DNA from: Candidatus Fraserbacteria bacterium | GTDB taxonomy: Bacteria > Bipolaricaulota > Bipolaricaulia > RBG-16-55-9 | Assembly (NCBI GenBank): GCA_037443265.1 | Contig: JBBIOR010000024.1 | Span: 1 to 27,760, forward strand | Direction of reading: 5' to 3' | DNA length: 27,760 bases | Shown: positions 17,270-25,812 of the stretch, piece after piece | How the letters are laid out: each line of letters starts with the position of its first letter | Position numbering within the stretch: the first letter of the stretch is position 1 | Notes under the pieces: generated by a model | What the model saw: the letters and a program-made list of their open reading frames with translations, nothing else | What the model was told of the DNA's origin: nothing | The model's database searches: none | Translations under genes and position numbers: made by a program

Positions 17270-17677
17270 CTACACCTGTGCTTTGAGCACCTTCCTCTCT
17301 CGATGCTTTCTCAGGGCCATCTTGAGCGTGTCTAAAGAAAGCAGCGCGCAGCGCGTTCTGTTTTGCACGATCCCCTGACCCAAAACTTCGATCAGCTCCT
17401 CATGAGTGAAAGCTTTTAGCTCTTGGATCGTCTGGCCTTCGACCATCTCGGCCAGAACATCAGCGGACGCCTGGCTGATTGTACACCCCTGACCCTCAAA
17501 CGAGATCTTTGCTAGACGGTCTCCGTCGAATTTCAAATACAGGCGCACGATGTCTCCACAGCCGGGGTTGCCTCCCTCCATGGAGACATCGGCATCTTCG
17601 AGTCTTCTCTTATAGCGTGGGTTCTCGTAGCGATCGAGCAGAAACTCGATCTGCGCCTGACGATCCAGATTCATCAC
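17270..17677 (-). CDS. IscU/SufU (NifU N-terminal) family protein
   Basis: YENPR, NPGCGD, GQGCTISQASA, RTRCALL. Confidence 0.9.
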   Translation of the reverse strand: MMNLDRQAQIEFLLDRYENPRYKRRLEDADVSMEGGNPGCGDIVRLYLKFDGDRLAKISFEGQGCTISQASADVLAEMVEGQTIQELKAFTHEELIEVLGQGIVQNRTRCALLSLDTLKMALRKHRERKVLKAQV

Positions 17678-18529
17678 TTAGGGCTTCTCGATGGGTGCGC
17701 CCACGAGATTGCCCCACTCCGTCCAGCTGCCGTCATAGTTCTTCACTTTGGGATAGCCCAAGAGATACTTAAGCACAAACCAGGTGTGGCTGGAGCGCTC
17801 CCCGATTCTGCAGTAGGCGATGATCTCCTTGTCCGGCGTGATGCCCTGGCTCTCATAGAGCCTTCTAAGCTCCTCTGCGGGCTTGAAAGTCTGATCCTCG
17901 CGCACGGCAGAAGACCACGGGATGTTTTTCGCTCCGGGGATGTGGCCGCCGCGCATCGCGCCTTCTTGTGGGTAGCCTGGCATATGTAGAAGCTCCCCGC
18001 GATACTCCTGAGGCGAGCGCACATCGACTAAGGGCAGCTTCTTCTCTAGATGCTTGAAGACGTCAGTGCGAAAGGCCCGGACGCTAAGATCGGGATCCTG
18101 CGCTTTGTATCGCGTCTTGGGGTAAGAGGGGACGTCTTTCGTCAAGGGACGTCCTTCAGCCACCCACTTGGCCCTTCCTCCGTCCATGATCTTCTTCTTC
18201 TGGTGGCCGTAGAGATTGAAGAGCCAGAAGGCGTAACAGGCGAACCAGTTGCTTTTATCCCCATAGAAGACAACCGTCGTGTCGTTGGAGATGCCCAGCT
18301 CACCCATCAGCTTCTCAAAGCCCTTCTTGTCGATAAAATCACGCTTGAGGGGATCTTGCAGGATCGTGAACCAGTCGACTTTCACCGCTCCGGGGATGTG
18401 GCCCTGCTCATAGAGCAGATAATCCTCATCAGATTCTGCGATGCGAACGGTGGGGTCATTTGAGTGTTGGGCCACCCACTCCGTGCTCACTAGCACATCG
18501 GGATTCGCGTAGCTCCTGTCCTCCGCCAT
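17678..18529 (-). CDS. Two-domain thiosulfate sulfurtransferase (rhodanese, CysA/SseA-like)
   Basis: LVSTEW, GHIPGA twice, DVRSPQEY, active loop [23 protein letters not shown]. Confidence 0.93.
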   Translation of the reverse strand: MAEDRSYANPDVLVSTEWVAQHSNDPTVRIAESDEDYLLYEQGHIPGAVKVDWFTILQDPLKRDFIDKKGFEKLMGELGISNDTTVVFYGDKSNWFACYAFWLFNLYGHQKKKIMDGGRAKWVAEGRPLTKDVPSYPKTRYKAQDPDLSVRAFRTDVFKHLEKKLPLVDVRSPQEYRGELLHMPGYPQEGAMRGGHIPGAKNIPWSSAVREDQTFKPAEELRRLYESQGITPDKEIIAYCRIGERSSHTWFVLKYLLGYPKVKNYDGSWTEWGNLVGAPIEKP

Positions 18530-18568
18530 GAGATTGCTCCCTCCTCATGAGTTATGTCCTTGATCTTT

Positions 18569-18596
18569 ATGATAAAAAGTGGACCGGATTTGTCAA
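18569..18596 (-). promoter_or_regulatory. Putative sigma70 promoter of rhodanese-sufU pair
   Basis: TTGACA (18596-18591), 16 bp, TATCAT (18574-18569). Confidence 0.6.
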
Positions 18597-19078
18597 GTTT
18601 TTTGGAGCTTGCGCTCCAGAGCCCTTTCGACGCTGGGGGGCACGAAGCGCGAGACGTCTCCGCCGAAGCTTTTGATCTCCTTGACGATACTGGAACTCAA
18701 AAAAGAATATTCGCCGCTGGTCATGAAGAAGACGCTCTCGATGTCTCCATTGAGATCCCGGTTGGTGAGGGCCATCTGGAACTCGCGCTCAAAATCTGAA
18801 TTCGCCCTCAGGCCACGGATGATCGCCTGCGCTCTATAGCGCTTGGCACACTCGATGACCAATCCCTCCCACGTGATCACTTGCACCGGGATGCCCTCCT
18901 CTTTGAGCGCCTGCTCGCAGAGCTTGCGCCGCTCCTTAAGCGAAAAGAGCGTCTGCTTCGAGGGATTGGTGACGACGGCCACGATCAGCTCATCGAAGAT
19001 CTTTCTGGCCCGCTGGACGATGTCGATGTGGCCATAGGTGATGGGGTCGAAGCTGCCGGGGTAGATCGCTCGGGGCAT
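18593..19078 (-). CDS. coaD: Phosphopantetheine adenylyltransferase
   Basis: IYPGSFDPITYGHIDI, NPSK, IIRGLRANSDFEREFQMA, LSSSIVKEI. Confidence 0.96.
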   Translation of the reverse strand: MPRAIYPGSFDPITYGHIDIVQRARKIFDELIVAVVTNPSKQTLFSLKERRKLCEQALKEEGIPVQVITWEGLVIECAKRYRAQAIIRGLRANSDFEREFQMALTNRDLNGDIESVFFMTSGEYSFLSSSIVKEIKSFGGDVSRFVPPSVERALERKLQKT

Positions 19079-19083
19079 GGCCC

Positions 19084-19632
19084 TCAGGCTCCTTTGGAAT
19101 AGTGAGGGTGGGTCTCCGGCATGCCCGCCTGATGATTGACTAGGCGCGCCATCAAGAAGAGCAAGTCTGAGAGGCGGTTCAAATATTTTATCACTTCGGG
19201 GTTGATCTCTTCATGGGCGGCGAGTTCCACGGTGCGGCGCTCGGCGCGGCGCGCGACGGTGCGAGCAAAATGCAAGAGCCCTCCCGCAAACGTCCCGCCG
19301 GGCAGAATGAATCTCTTGAGCGGGGGGAGCTTCTCATCGAGCTGATCGCAAAGATTCTCAAGACCCTCGACGTGAGGAGCAGAGATCCGCGGGCCGTCTC
19401 TTTTAAGATCCGGATTCGCCAGATCCGCGCAGACGATGTGCAGATCGTTCTGTACTCTCTCAATCCATTCTTTGAGCTTGGGATCTTCCACTTGAACGGC
19501 GGCCACTCCCAAAAGAGCGTTCAGCTCATCGACGGTGCCATAGGCTTCGATGCGCAGAGAGGCCTTGCTCACGCGTCTTCCACCGAAGAGGCCCGTCTCG
19601 CCCTTGTCCCCCCTGCGCGTGTAGATCTTCAT
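19084..19632 (-). CDS. pduO: ATP:cob(I)alamin adenosyltransferase, PduO type
   Basis: KIYTRRGDKGET, YGTVDELN, FILPGG, RTVARRAER, YLNRLSDLLF. Confidence 0.94.
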   Translation of the reverse strand: MKIYTRRGDKGETGLFGGRRVSKASLRIEAYGTVDELNALLGVAAVQVEDPKLKEWIERVQNDLHIVCADLANPDLKRDGPRISAPHVEGLENLCDQLDEKLPPLKRFILPGGTFAGGLLHFARTVARRAERRTVELAAHEEINPEVIKYLNRLSDLLFLMARLVNHQAGMPETHPHYSKGA

Positions 19633-20558
19633 AGAATGCCCTCCACAGGGTACACAGAACCCTCTGGCACTTCCAAATCGCTGAAGAGCTCTGGGTGGAC
19701 GATCTTTGCCAGAATCTCAAGCCCTATCACGATCCTGGGGCCGGGGCGATTGAAATAATATGAGCCATGCACGATATAGACTTGCCCGTCCTTGACAGCT
19801 CGCAACTCACCCCAGTTCTCATAGTCTAGCAGAAGGTCGAGCTCCTGCATCGTCTGCTCTGGCGTAAAGCCGCAGGGCATGAGCACGATGATCTCCGGGT
19901 CGAATCTTTCAATATCGATCCAGGTAATCTCATAGGAGGGCTCTCCAATCTCTCCCAGCGGCTCGCCTCCGGCCAGCTCGACCATCTCCGGCACCCAGTG
20001 GCCCGCCACAAAGAGCGGCTCCAGCCACTCGATCGCCAGTGTCCTCGGACGCTCTTCTACTCTTTCCGTGCACGCTCGCACCCGCTCGATTCGCCCGCGC
20101 AATCTGGCAATGAGCTTGTGCGCTTGTGCTTCTCGATTCGTCAATTGCCCGATGAGCTCGATGTTCTCCAGGATCTCATCCAAGCGCGTGGGCTCCAGCG
20201 AGACGATTTTGGGCTCCACGTCGAGGATTTTGGCCGCTTTCAGCACTTCGCTGAAGGAGGGAGCGCAGACCTCGCAAAGCTCTTGCGTTACGATGAGATC
20301 CGACTGAAGCGCTCGAAGCTGCTCCGCATCCAAGTGATAGACGCTCAGCCCACTATGCACGAGCTCTCTCACTATCTGGTCAATCTCGCGGCTGGAGAGG
20401 TCGCCGGGGATAGCGGGCTGGCTGAGCACGGGTTTTCCGATGATCTCCGGTGGCCAGTCGCAGTCGTGGGAGATGCCCACAAGCTCATCGCTTAGCCCCA
20501 GCGCGCAGATGATCTCCGTGGCGCTGGGCAGAAGTGAGATTATACGCATGTTTCTCAT
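19629..20558 (-). CDS. BtuF/TroA-like cobalamin-binding-fold protein lacking a signal peptide
   Basis: RIISLLPSATEI, SHDCD, TQELCEVCA, GHWVPEM, MPCGF, FNRPGPR; start 20558 (ATGA overlap) or 20549. Confidence 0.82.
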   Translation of the reverse strand: MRNMRIISLLPSATEIICALGLSDELVGISHDCDWPPEIIGKPVLSQPAIPGDLSSREIDQIVRELVHSGLSVYHLDAEQLRALQSDLIVTQELCEVCAPSFSEVLKAAKILDVEPKIVSLEPTRLDEILENIELIGQLTNREAQAHKLIARLRGRIERVRACTERVEERPRTLAIEWLEPLFVAGHWVPEMVELAGGEPLGEIGEPSYEITWIDIERFDPEIIVLMPCGFTPEQTMQELDLLLDYENWGELRAVKDGQVYIVHGSYYFNRPGPRIVIGLEILAKIVHPELFSDLEVPEGSVYPVEGIL

Positions 20559-21223
20559 CCTCTCGGCAGAAGATCACAGAAGTAGTGACCATCCCGCAGG
20601 ACGATTTCACCTGGCTGAAAGTTTATCGGGCATGAGAAGAGCGGACCATCGTAGACGAAGCTGTGGAACTCCCCCCGCTCGCCGCAGGGATCGACTCCCT
20701 CAGGCAAACTGACAAGAAACTCTTCATCGATCTTGCGCCCCACGAACTCTGCCCCCAAATGCTGAGCGCTCACGCAAACGGTCATGGCCTGAAACCCCAA
20801 CTCCAGAAATCGGCGGACCAGGAGGTTCGTATCCCGACCCCACAGAGGGGTGAGCAGCTCCATATCGACCATCCTGAGTTTTTCTTCTCGGTAGCGCCGG
20901 ATGTCCTCCAGGAAGATGTCTCCTGTGGCGATGCTGCGGATGCCAACCTCCTTGAGTTCAAGCATGATCTTCAGGAGACTTTGCTCGTATTCTTTGTTTG
21001 TATGGGTTTTCACGACGTACATGGGGATGAGCTTCTGGCCCAGCGCTCGCGCTTGAGCAAGCAGAAGCTCGTGGCGGACGCCGTGCATGCTGACACGATC
21101 ATAGTCTTTTGTGAACGTCGTGAGTAACCCACAGACTTCAAATTGCGGATCGTGGAGCAGTTCGTATAGGGCGAGGACGCTGTCCTTGCCTCCGCTCCAC
21201 TGTAACACGATCTTCTTCTTCAT
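20555..21223 (-). CDS. PP-loop ATP pyrophosphatase, Dph6/DUF71 (COG2102) family
   Basis: WSGGKDS, MHGVR, GDIFLED, PLW, DPCGERGEFHSFVYDGP; ATG 21223 overlaps upstream TGA. Confidence 0.9.
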   Translation of the reverse strand: MKKKIVLQWSGGKDSVLALYELLHDPQFEVCGLLTTFTKDYDRVSMHGVRHELLLAQARALGQKLIPMYVVKTHTNKEYEQSLLKIMLELKEVGIRSIATGDIFLEDIRRYREEKLRMVDMELLTPLWGRDTNLLVRRFLELGFQAMTVCVSAQHLGAEFVGRKIDEEFLVSLPEGVDPCGERGEFHSFVYDGPLFSCPINFQPGEIVLRDGHYFCDLLPRG

Positions 21224-22041
21224 GATGAGCGGATGACGGCCTGAGATGCGGATCGCACGGAAGAGCGGGGCAAGATCCAAATCTCTCCGGATTCTTTGAA
21301 AATTTCGATCTCGATGTGCCAGATCTCCCGAATGCGCTCGAGAGTGAACACTTCATCCGGTGGCCCGCATGCCACCAGACGCCCCTGGGAGAGCACACCC
21401 ACCCGATCTGCATATCGGGCCGCGAGATTGAGGTCATGGAGCGCGCAGATCACCGTGAGTCCTCGCTTCGATAGCCCTCGAATCAACTCCATGATCTCGA
21501 TTTGATATTTCAGATCGAGATGGGCTGTAGGCTCATCGAGCAGGAGGACCTTGGGCTCCTGGGCGAGCGCCATAGCCAGAAAGACCCGCTGGCGCTCCCC
21601 GCTGGAGAGCGAATGGATGCTGCGATCCGCAAATTGCGCCACCCCGACGCGCTCCATGGCCTCTTCCACAACGCGCCGGTCTTCTTCCGCCAGAGGTTTC
21701 AGCTTGCGTGAGTGCGGCAGACGCCCGAGCGAGACGGTCTCCCGCACCGTGAAGTCGAAGGCCACGTGGACTTCTTGCTCAAGGGCCGCCAAGGAGCGAG
21801 CCAGCTCTTTGGGCGCAAGCTGAGATACGGGATGCGACTGACCGTCGACAAAATCGAGATAGACAGTCCCCGTGTCCATAGGGATCACCCCGGAGATGGC
21901 GCGCAAAAGGGTCGTCTTGCCACTTCCGTTAGGCCCGATGAGCGCGAAGAATTCCCCAGCCTTTACCGCGAGCGTGATCTCTGCCAGAATGGGTCGGCCC
22001 TTGTACGCAAACGTCAAGTCCTCCACACGAATGGCGGTCAC
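21220..22041 (-). CDS. ABC transporter ATPase (BtuD/FecE-like)
   Basis: GPNGSGKT, LSSGERQR, LLLDEPTAHLD, LHDLNLA. Confidence 0.93.
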   Translation of the reverse strand: MTAIRVEDLTFAYKGRPILAEITLAVKAGEFFALIGPNGSGKTTLLRAISGVIPMDTGTVYLDFVDGQSHPVSQLAPKELARSLAALEQEVHVAFDFTVRETVSLGRLPHSRKLKPLAEEDRRVVEEAMERVGVAQFADRSIHSLSSGERQRVFLAMALAQEPKVLLLDEPTAHLDLKYQIEIMELIRGLSKRGLTVICALHDLNLAARYADRVGVLSQGRLVACGPPDEVFTLERIREIWHIEIEIFKESGEIWILPRSSVRSASQAVIRSS

Positions 22042-23087
22042 GAATACATCCCTCCTTGAGGGCTCATGGCACGACGGGAGTGCCTAAGCAGATACAGAAA
22101 GAAGGGCGCGCCCCATAGGGCCGTGATGATCCCGACGGGAAGCTCCGCGGGAGCCAGCACCGTTCGAGCCGCTGTATCGCACAATACGAGAAAGGCAGCT
22201 CCGGCCAAGGCTGAAGAGGGGAGCAATCGGCTGTGATCCGGCCCGACGATCAGGCGTATCGCGTGCGGGACGATCAAGCCGACGAAGCCGATTGTTCCAG
22301 CCACGGCCACCGCCGAGGCCGTCAGGAGGGTGACGACTAGAAGGAGCCCTTTCTTGAGCGTCTCAGGGTTTGCGCCCAGATGGCGGGCCATGGGCTCGCC
22401 CAAGGCCAGAGCGTTCAGCTCTCGGCTGAAGAGGAGCAGCGCCAGTGTTCCTAGCACGGTCAAGGCGAGGAGCGGTGCAACGTAAGGCCAGCGGGGCGCC
22501 CCCAGGCCCCCCATGAGCCAGAAGACGATCTTTCTGAGATCCTCGCTCTGAGCTGTGAAGATCAAAAAGCTTGTCACAGCGGAGAAGAGCGCGGCCAGCG
22601 CCACGCCCGTGAGAATCAGCGTATAGTTGTCAAACCGGACGGCGTGTGAGCCCGAGCCGCTCACGCGATAGACCAAGAGCACCACGATCCAAGCGCCGAG
22701 AAACGCTCCCGCGGGCAGAGCAAAGGGCCAGCGCTCCAGTCCCAGGGCGATGGTGAGCGCGGCTCCTGCGGAAGCCCCGCTGGCAATGCCCAGCAGATAC
22801 GGGTCAGCTAGAGGATTCCGGAAGATCCCCTGCATGACGCCTCCAGAAAGAGCCAAGGCCCAGCCGACGAGCATTCCCAAAAGCACACGCGGCAGTCGCA
22901 CATCGAGGAGAATCCGCTCGTACACGCTGCCATCTGAGAAGCCGAGCAGTGCTTTAAGACCCTCACCCAACGGGATTGGCACTGAGCCCACGGCCACTCC
23001 GATCAGCAAGGCGGCAGACAGGAGCGTAAGCAACACGAGAAAGACACTCGTGCTCTTCCCTCTGTGCGTGATCCATTGGGCTCTCAT
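22038..23087 (-). CDS. ABC transporter permease (BtuC/FecCD family)
   Basis: VRLPRV, FRNPLADPYLLG, FWLMG, IGFVGLIVPH, ELPVG. Confidence 0.93.
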   Translation of the reverse strand: MRAQWITHRGKSTSVFLVLLTLLSAALLIGVAVGSVPIPLGEGLKALLGFSDGSVYERILLDVRLPRVLLGMLVGWALALSGGVMQGIFRNPLADPYLLGIASGASAGAALTIALGLERWPFALPAGAFLGAWIVVLLVYRVSGSGSHAVRFDNYTLILTGVALAALFSAVTSFLIFTAQSEDLRKIVFWLMGGLGAPRWPYVAPLLALTVLGTLALLLFSRELNALALGEPMARHLGANPETLKKGLLLVVTLLTASAVAVAGTIGFVGLIVPHAIRLIVGPDHSRLLPSSALAGAAFLVLCDTAARTVLAPAELPVGIITALWGAPFFLYLLRHSRRAMSPQGGMYS

Positions 23088-23974
23088 CGTCGCTCTTCAA
23101 AGGCTTCGGGGTGGAGGAGCTGGGCGACCGTGCGCAGCGTTTGAGCTACGCGGGAAGAGGTCCATTGGGAAGCCTTCACGCCGAAGATCTTCTTTTGGCG
23201 CACCGCTTGCAAGTCCTTCAAGCGCTCATCGTTCTCAAAGAACTGGATCTGGGATGGATCGGTGATGATCACTTCCGGGTCGCGCGCCAAAAGAGCCTCC
23301 AGGCTCACCTCGCCCCCGAAGGGCGTGATATCTGAAAAGACATCGAGGCCTCCGGCACGCGTGACGATCTCATGCTCTGGAGAAGCCGGGCCGGGGGCAA
23401 AGGGTAGACTCTCAAAGGAGCCGCGATAGAGCACGGCCACCCTCACTTTGGGGCGATCGAAAACTCTCTCTTCAAGGGCGATGATCTCCTCGGCCAAGCG
23501 CCCGATGAGTCGATCGGCTCTTTCAGAATCTCCCCAAAGCAGCAGGCCGACGTTGCGGATCAATCTGAAAATCTCTGTGATGCGATCTATGAAGCCTCCC
23601 GATTTTCCGCCCAAGAAGACGACTAGGCCTGCGTCCTCCAGCGTGAGGCGCACGGGATCAAAGGCCCCCAGGACCAGATCCGGCTGAAGCGCCAAGATCC
23701 GCTCGACGCTGGGGTTAAAAGCCGTGCCCACTTTGGGAAGATCTTTGAGTTCGGGCGGGTTATCGGGAGAGTCGGCCACTCCGACGATGCGCGCTCCGGC
23801 TTCCAGATCGAGCACGATCTCAGCATAGAGCGGCAAGATCGTCACAATCCGCTGGGGCTCTTGGAGAAGGGTGATCTCCCGACCGCGCTCGTCGATGACC
23901 GTGACCGGAAAGCCAGCCCAAAGAGTCCCGCTGATGAGTACCACAAGCAAGACGAAAAGAGCAAACTTTCGCAT
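23084..23974 (-). CDS. ABC transporter substrate-binding protein (BtuF-like)
   Basis: Signal peptide without lipobox; VIDERGREI, PQRIV, VERILALQPDLV, LLARDPEVI, LHPE. Confidence 0.88.
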   Translation of the reverse strand: MRKFALFVLLVVLISGTLWAGFPVTVIDERGREITLLQEPQRIVTILPLYAEIVLDLEAGARIVGVADSPDNPPELKDLPKVGTAFNPSVERILALQPDLVLGAFDPVRLTLEDAGLVVFLGGKSGGFIDRITEIFRLIRNVGLLLWGDSERADRLIGRLAEEIIALEERVFDRPKVRVAVLYRGSFESLPFAPGPASPEHEIVTRAGGLDVFSDITPFGGEVSLEALLARDPEVIITDPSQIQFFENDERLKDLQAVRQKKIFGVKASQWTSSRVAQTLRTVAQLLHPEAFEERR

Positions 23975-23977
23975 AGT

Positions 23978-24571
23978 CTATCCTCCTGATTGCGTTTTCA
24001 TGGGGAACAACTCGGTCAGAACGCACCAGAGGCCGCCCGCGGCTACACGACGCGTGGGGCCAAAGACGATGACCATCCCATCTCCGGGCTGTGAATCGAA
24101 GGCGAAGGCGCGCTCAAGATGGGATGCATCGTGGGGATTCTGTCGGGCAAGCGGCGTCGGATCATCGCTCAACGTCCAGCTGCTCTGGCGTCGGATCAGC
24201 AGGAGGGCCCCAGTGGCACCCGCCCGCACGGCCGCATCTCGATAGCGCCAGCTCTCGCGAAACCGCTCGCCCATGCCTCGGATGAGAGCAGCAACGTTCT
24301 TATGATCCAGAGCGAGTTCTTTCAATGGTAGCTCCTCGACGCGGGGCACTCTCTCAAAGAGCCTCTGAAACGCCCGGCGGCCCGCCGGGGTGAGTGTCGT
24401 GCCCCCCTTGGCCATCTTCACATAGCCTGCTGTCCGCAGCTTGTTCAGATGCGTGCGCACGGTGCTCTCCGTGATGCCCGTGCGCTGCACGAGCGTTCTG
24501 CGCCCCAGCGCGTGCTGATCCAGTGCGTAGACCAGTTGATAGACCGTCGGCAGATGGCCGAGTTCTGCCAT
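23978..24571 (-). CDS. Winged-helix protein resembling archaeal DUF4443/PH0730 family; putative transcription regulator
   Basis: LGRRTL..TGITESTVRTHLNKL..G..LTPAG wHTH; RDAAVRAGATGALLL and GDGMVIVFG match my recollection of that family; GGGGAG RBS. Confidence 0.75.
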   Translation of the reverse strand: MAELGHLPTVYQLVYALDQHALGRRTLVQRTGITESTVRTHLNKLRTAGYVKMAKGGTTLTPAGRRAFQRLFERVPRVEELPLKELALDHKNVAALIRGMGERFRESWRYRDAAVRAGATGALLLIRRQSSWTLSDDPTPLARQNPHDASHLERAFAFDSQPGDGMVIVFGPTRRVAAGGLWCVLTELFPMKTQSGG

Positions 24572-24592
24572 CCGGACCGTCTCCCCATCGAT

Positions 24593-24611
24593 GTGGGATA
24601 GTATATCCCAC
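24593..24611. promoter_or_regulatory. Perfect palindrome GTGGGATA-GTA-TATCCCAC, candidate operator
   Basis: 8-3-8 inverted repeat between the predicted TSS (about 24619) and the RBS of the wHTH gene. Confidence 0.7.
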
Positions 24612-24625
24612 TGGCGTTAGCATTG

Positions 24626-24654
24626 ATCATACCCGAAGTCGCTTCTAGTGTCAA
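24626..24654 (-). promoter_or_regulatory. Sigma70 promoter of the corrinoid uptake/salvage-like operon
   Basis: TTGACA (24654-24649), 17 bp, TATGAT (24631-24626). Confidence 0.8.
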
Positions 24655-24754
24655 GCGCAGCTCGGCGTTCATCCCACTTGACTTACCTCTGGGATTCTGT
24701 TAATAAGATTCAATCTCACGGATCTCGCAGTCTTCTGCGGGAAAGGGGAAAGTC

Positions 24755-25591
24755 ATGACCAATCTGCCGAACTGGGCGCTCGTGCTAGTGCTCATTGCAG
24801 CGATCGTGTTGCTAGGGATCATGCGAATGGGATCGGGGCCGACGCTGCAGCCTGCCGTGATGAACGTCAGCGAGTTGGCATCAAAGTCTCAAGAGGTGAT
24901 GGGGTTTAAAGGCTTTTATAGTGCGCCGGTGGCAGGCGTGCGCAGTGGTGGGCTGATCTGGGGACGGTTTGAGAATGCCGACATCCCGATGCATTACCAC
25001 CCTCAGAACGAAGTGGTCTACACGCTTCAAGGGCAAGTCACATTGAACTCGGCCGATGGGTCAAGCAGCACGCTTGGGCCGGGACAGCTCGTCATTCTTC
25101 CCGCCAGCGTGGCCCATGCGGCGAGTGGCTCTGGGGACTTTCTACTCTTTGCGACCCCGCCTAGTAACTTCCAAGACACCGTTTGGCTGGAAGGGCCGAT
25201 GACCAAGCCCGGAGCCAAAGCCGACCCGACGAAGACCCCACAGATCATCGACGCCGCTCAGCGCATCGCCCAAGGGCTGGAGCAGCAACGGGAGGGATTC
25301 CAATTTAGCATGGTCTTTGATGCGAAGACCGGCAGCGCCGAGCTCTTCCGCATCGAAAAGGGCGTTGCCCTACACAAACACCCGAAGGAGAATCACTTCC
25401 TCTACATTCTGAAGGGTCGCGGTCAGGGCCAAGTGGGGAATATGACCGCTGAAGTCGGACCGGGGCAGATCGTCGTCATCCCGGCAGATGTTCCGCACAA
25501 ACTGGAGCGCATTGGCAGTGATCCTCTCGATTTCATTCTCTTCTCGACGCCGCCCTTCCGCGTGGATGACATCGTCTGGCTCAAACCATGA
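24755..25591 (+). CDS. Bicupin protein with N-terminal signal/anchor
   Basis: Two cupin repeats: HYHPQNE..LGPGQLVILPASVAH and HKHPKENH..VGPGQIVVIPADVPH. Confidence 0.85.
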   Translation: MTNLPNWALVLVLIAAIVLLGIMRMGSGPTLQPAVMNVSELASKSQEVMGFKGFYSAPVAGVRSGGLIWGRFENADIPMHYHPQNEVVYTLQGQVTLNSADGSSSTLGPGQLVILPASVAHAASGSGDFLLFATPPSNFQDTVWLEGPMTKPGAKADPTKTPQIIDAAQRIAQGLEQQREGFQFSMVFDAKTGSAELFRIEKGVALHKHPKENHFLYILKGRGQGQVGNMTAEVGPGQIVVIPADVPHKLERIGSDPLDFILFSTPPFRVDDIVWLKP

Positions 25592-25625
25592 AGAATTTCG
25601 CATCCAGGAGGAGGAAAGATCGTAG

Positions 25626-25808
25626 ATGAAAGTATTACGCTGCCGAGACACGGGCAGTAGCTGTGACTTTGTCGCCCGTGCCCAGACAGAACAAGAGCTA
25701 TGGCAGAAGGTCGCCGAGCACGCGCAGAAAGCGCATAACATGAAACTCACGGACGAGATGAAAGCTCAGCTGCGCAGATTCGTGCGTGAGGAGCTGCCTA
25801 AGCGCTAG
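25626..25808 (+). CDS. DUF1059-family small metal-binding protein
   Basis: MKVLRCRDTG..CDFVARA.TE.EL...AEHA...H pattern; AGGAGGAGG RBS. Confidence 0.85.
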   Translation: MKVLRCRDTGSSCDFVARAQTEQELWQKVAEHAQKAHNMKLTDEMKAQLRRFVREELPKR

Positions 25809-25812
25809 GACT

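Noticed and set aside
20555..21223. Diphthamide biosynthesis
   Set aside because: Context is bacterial with corrinoid genes; no dph genes or EF-2 link.
24572..24754. Cobalamin riboswitch expected before btu-like operon
   Set aside because: No B12-box-like motifs seen and the predicted leader is only about 50 nt; an Infernal scan would be needed to exclude it formally.
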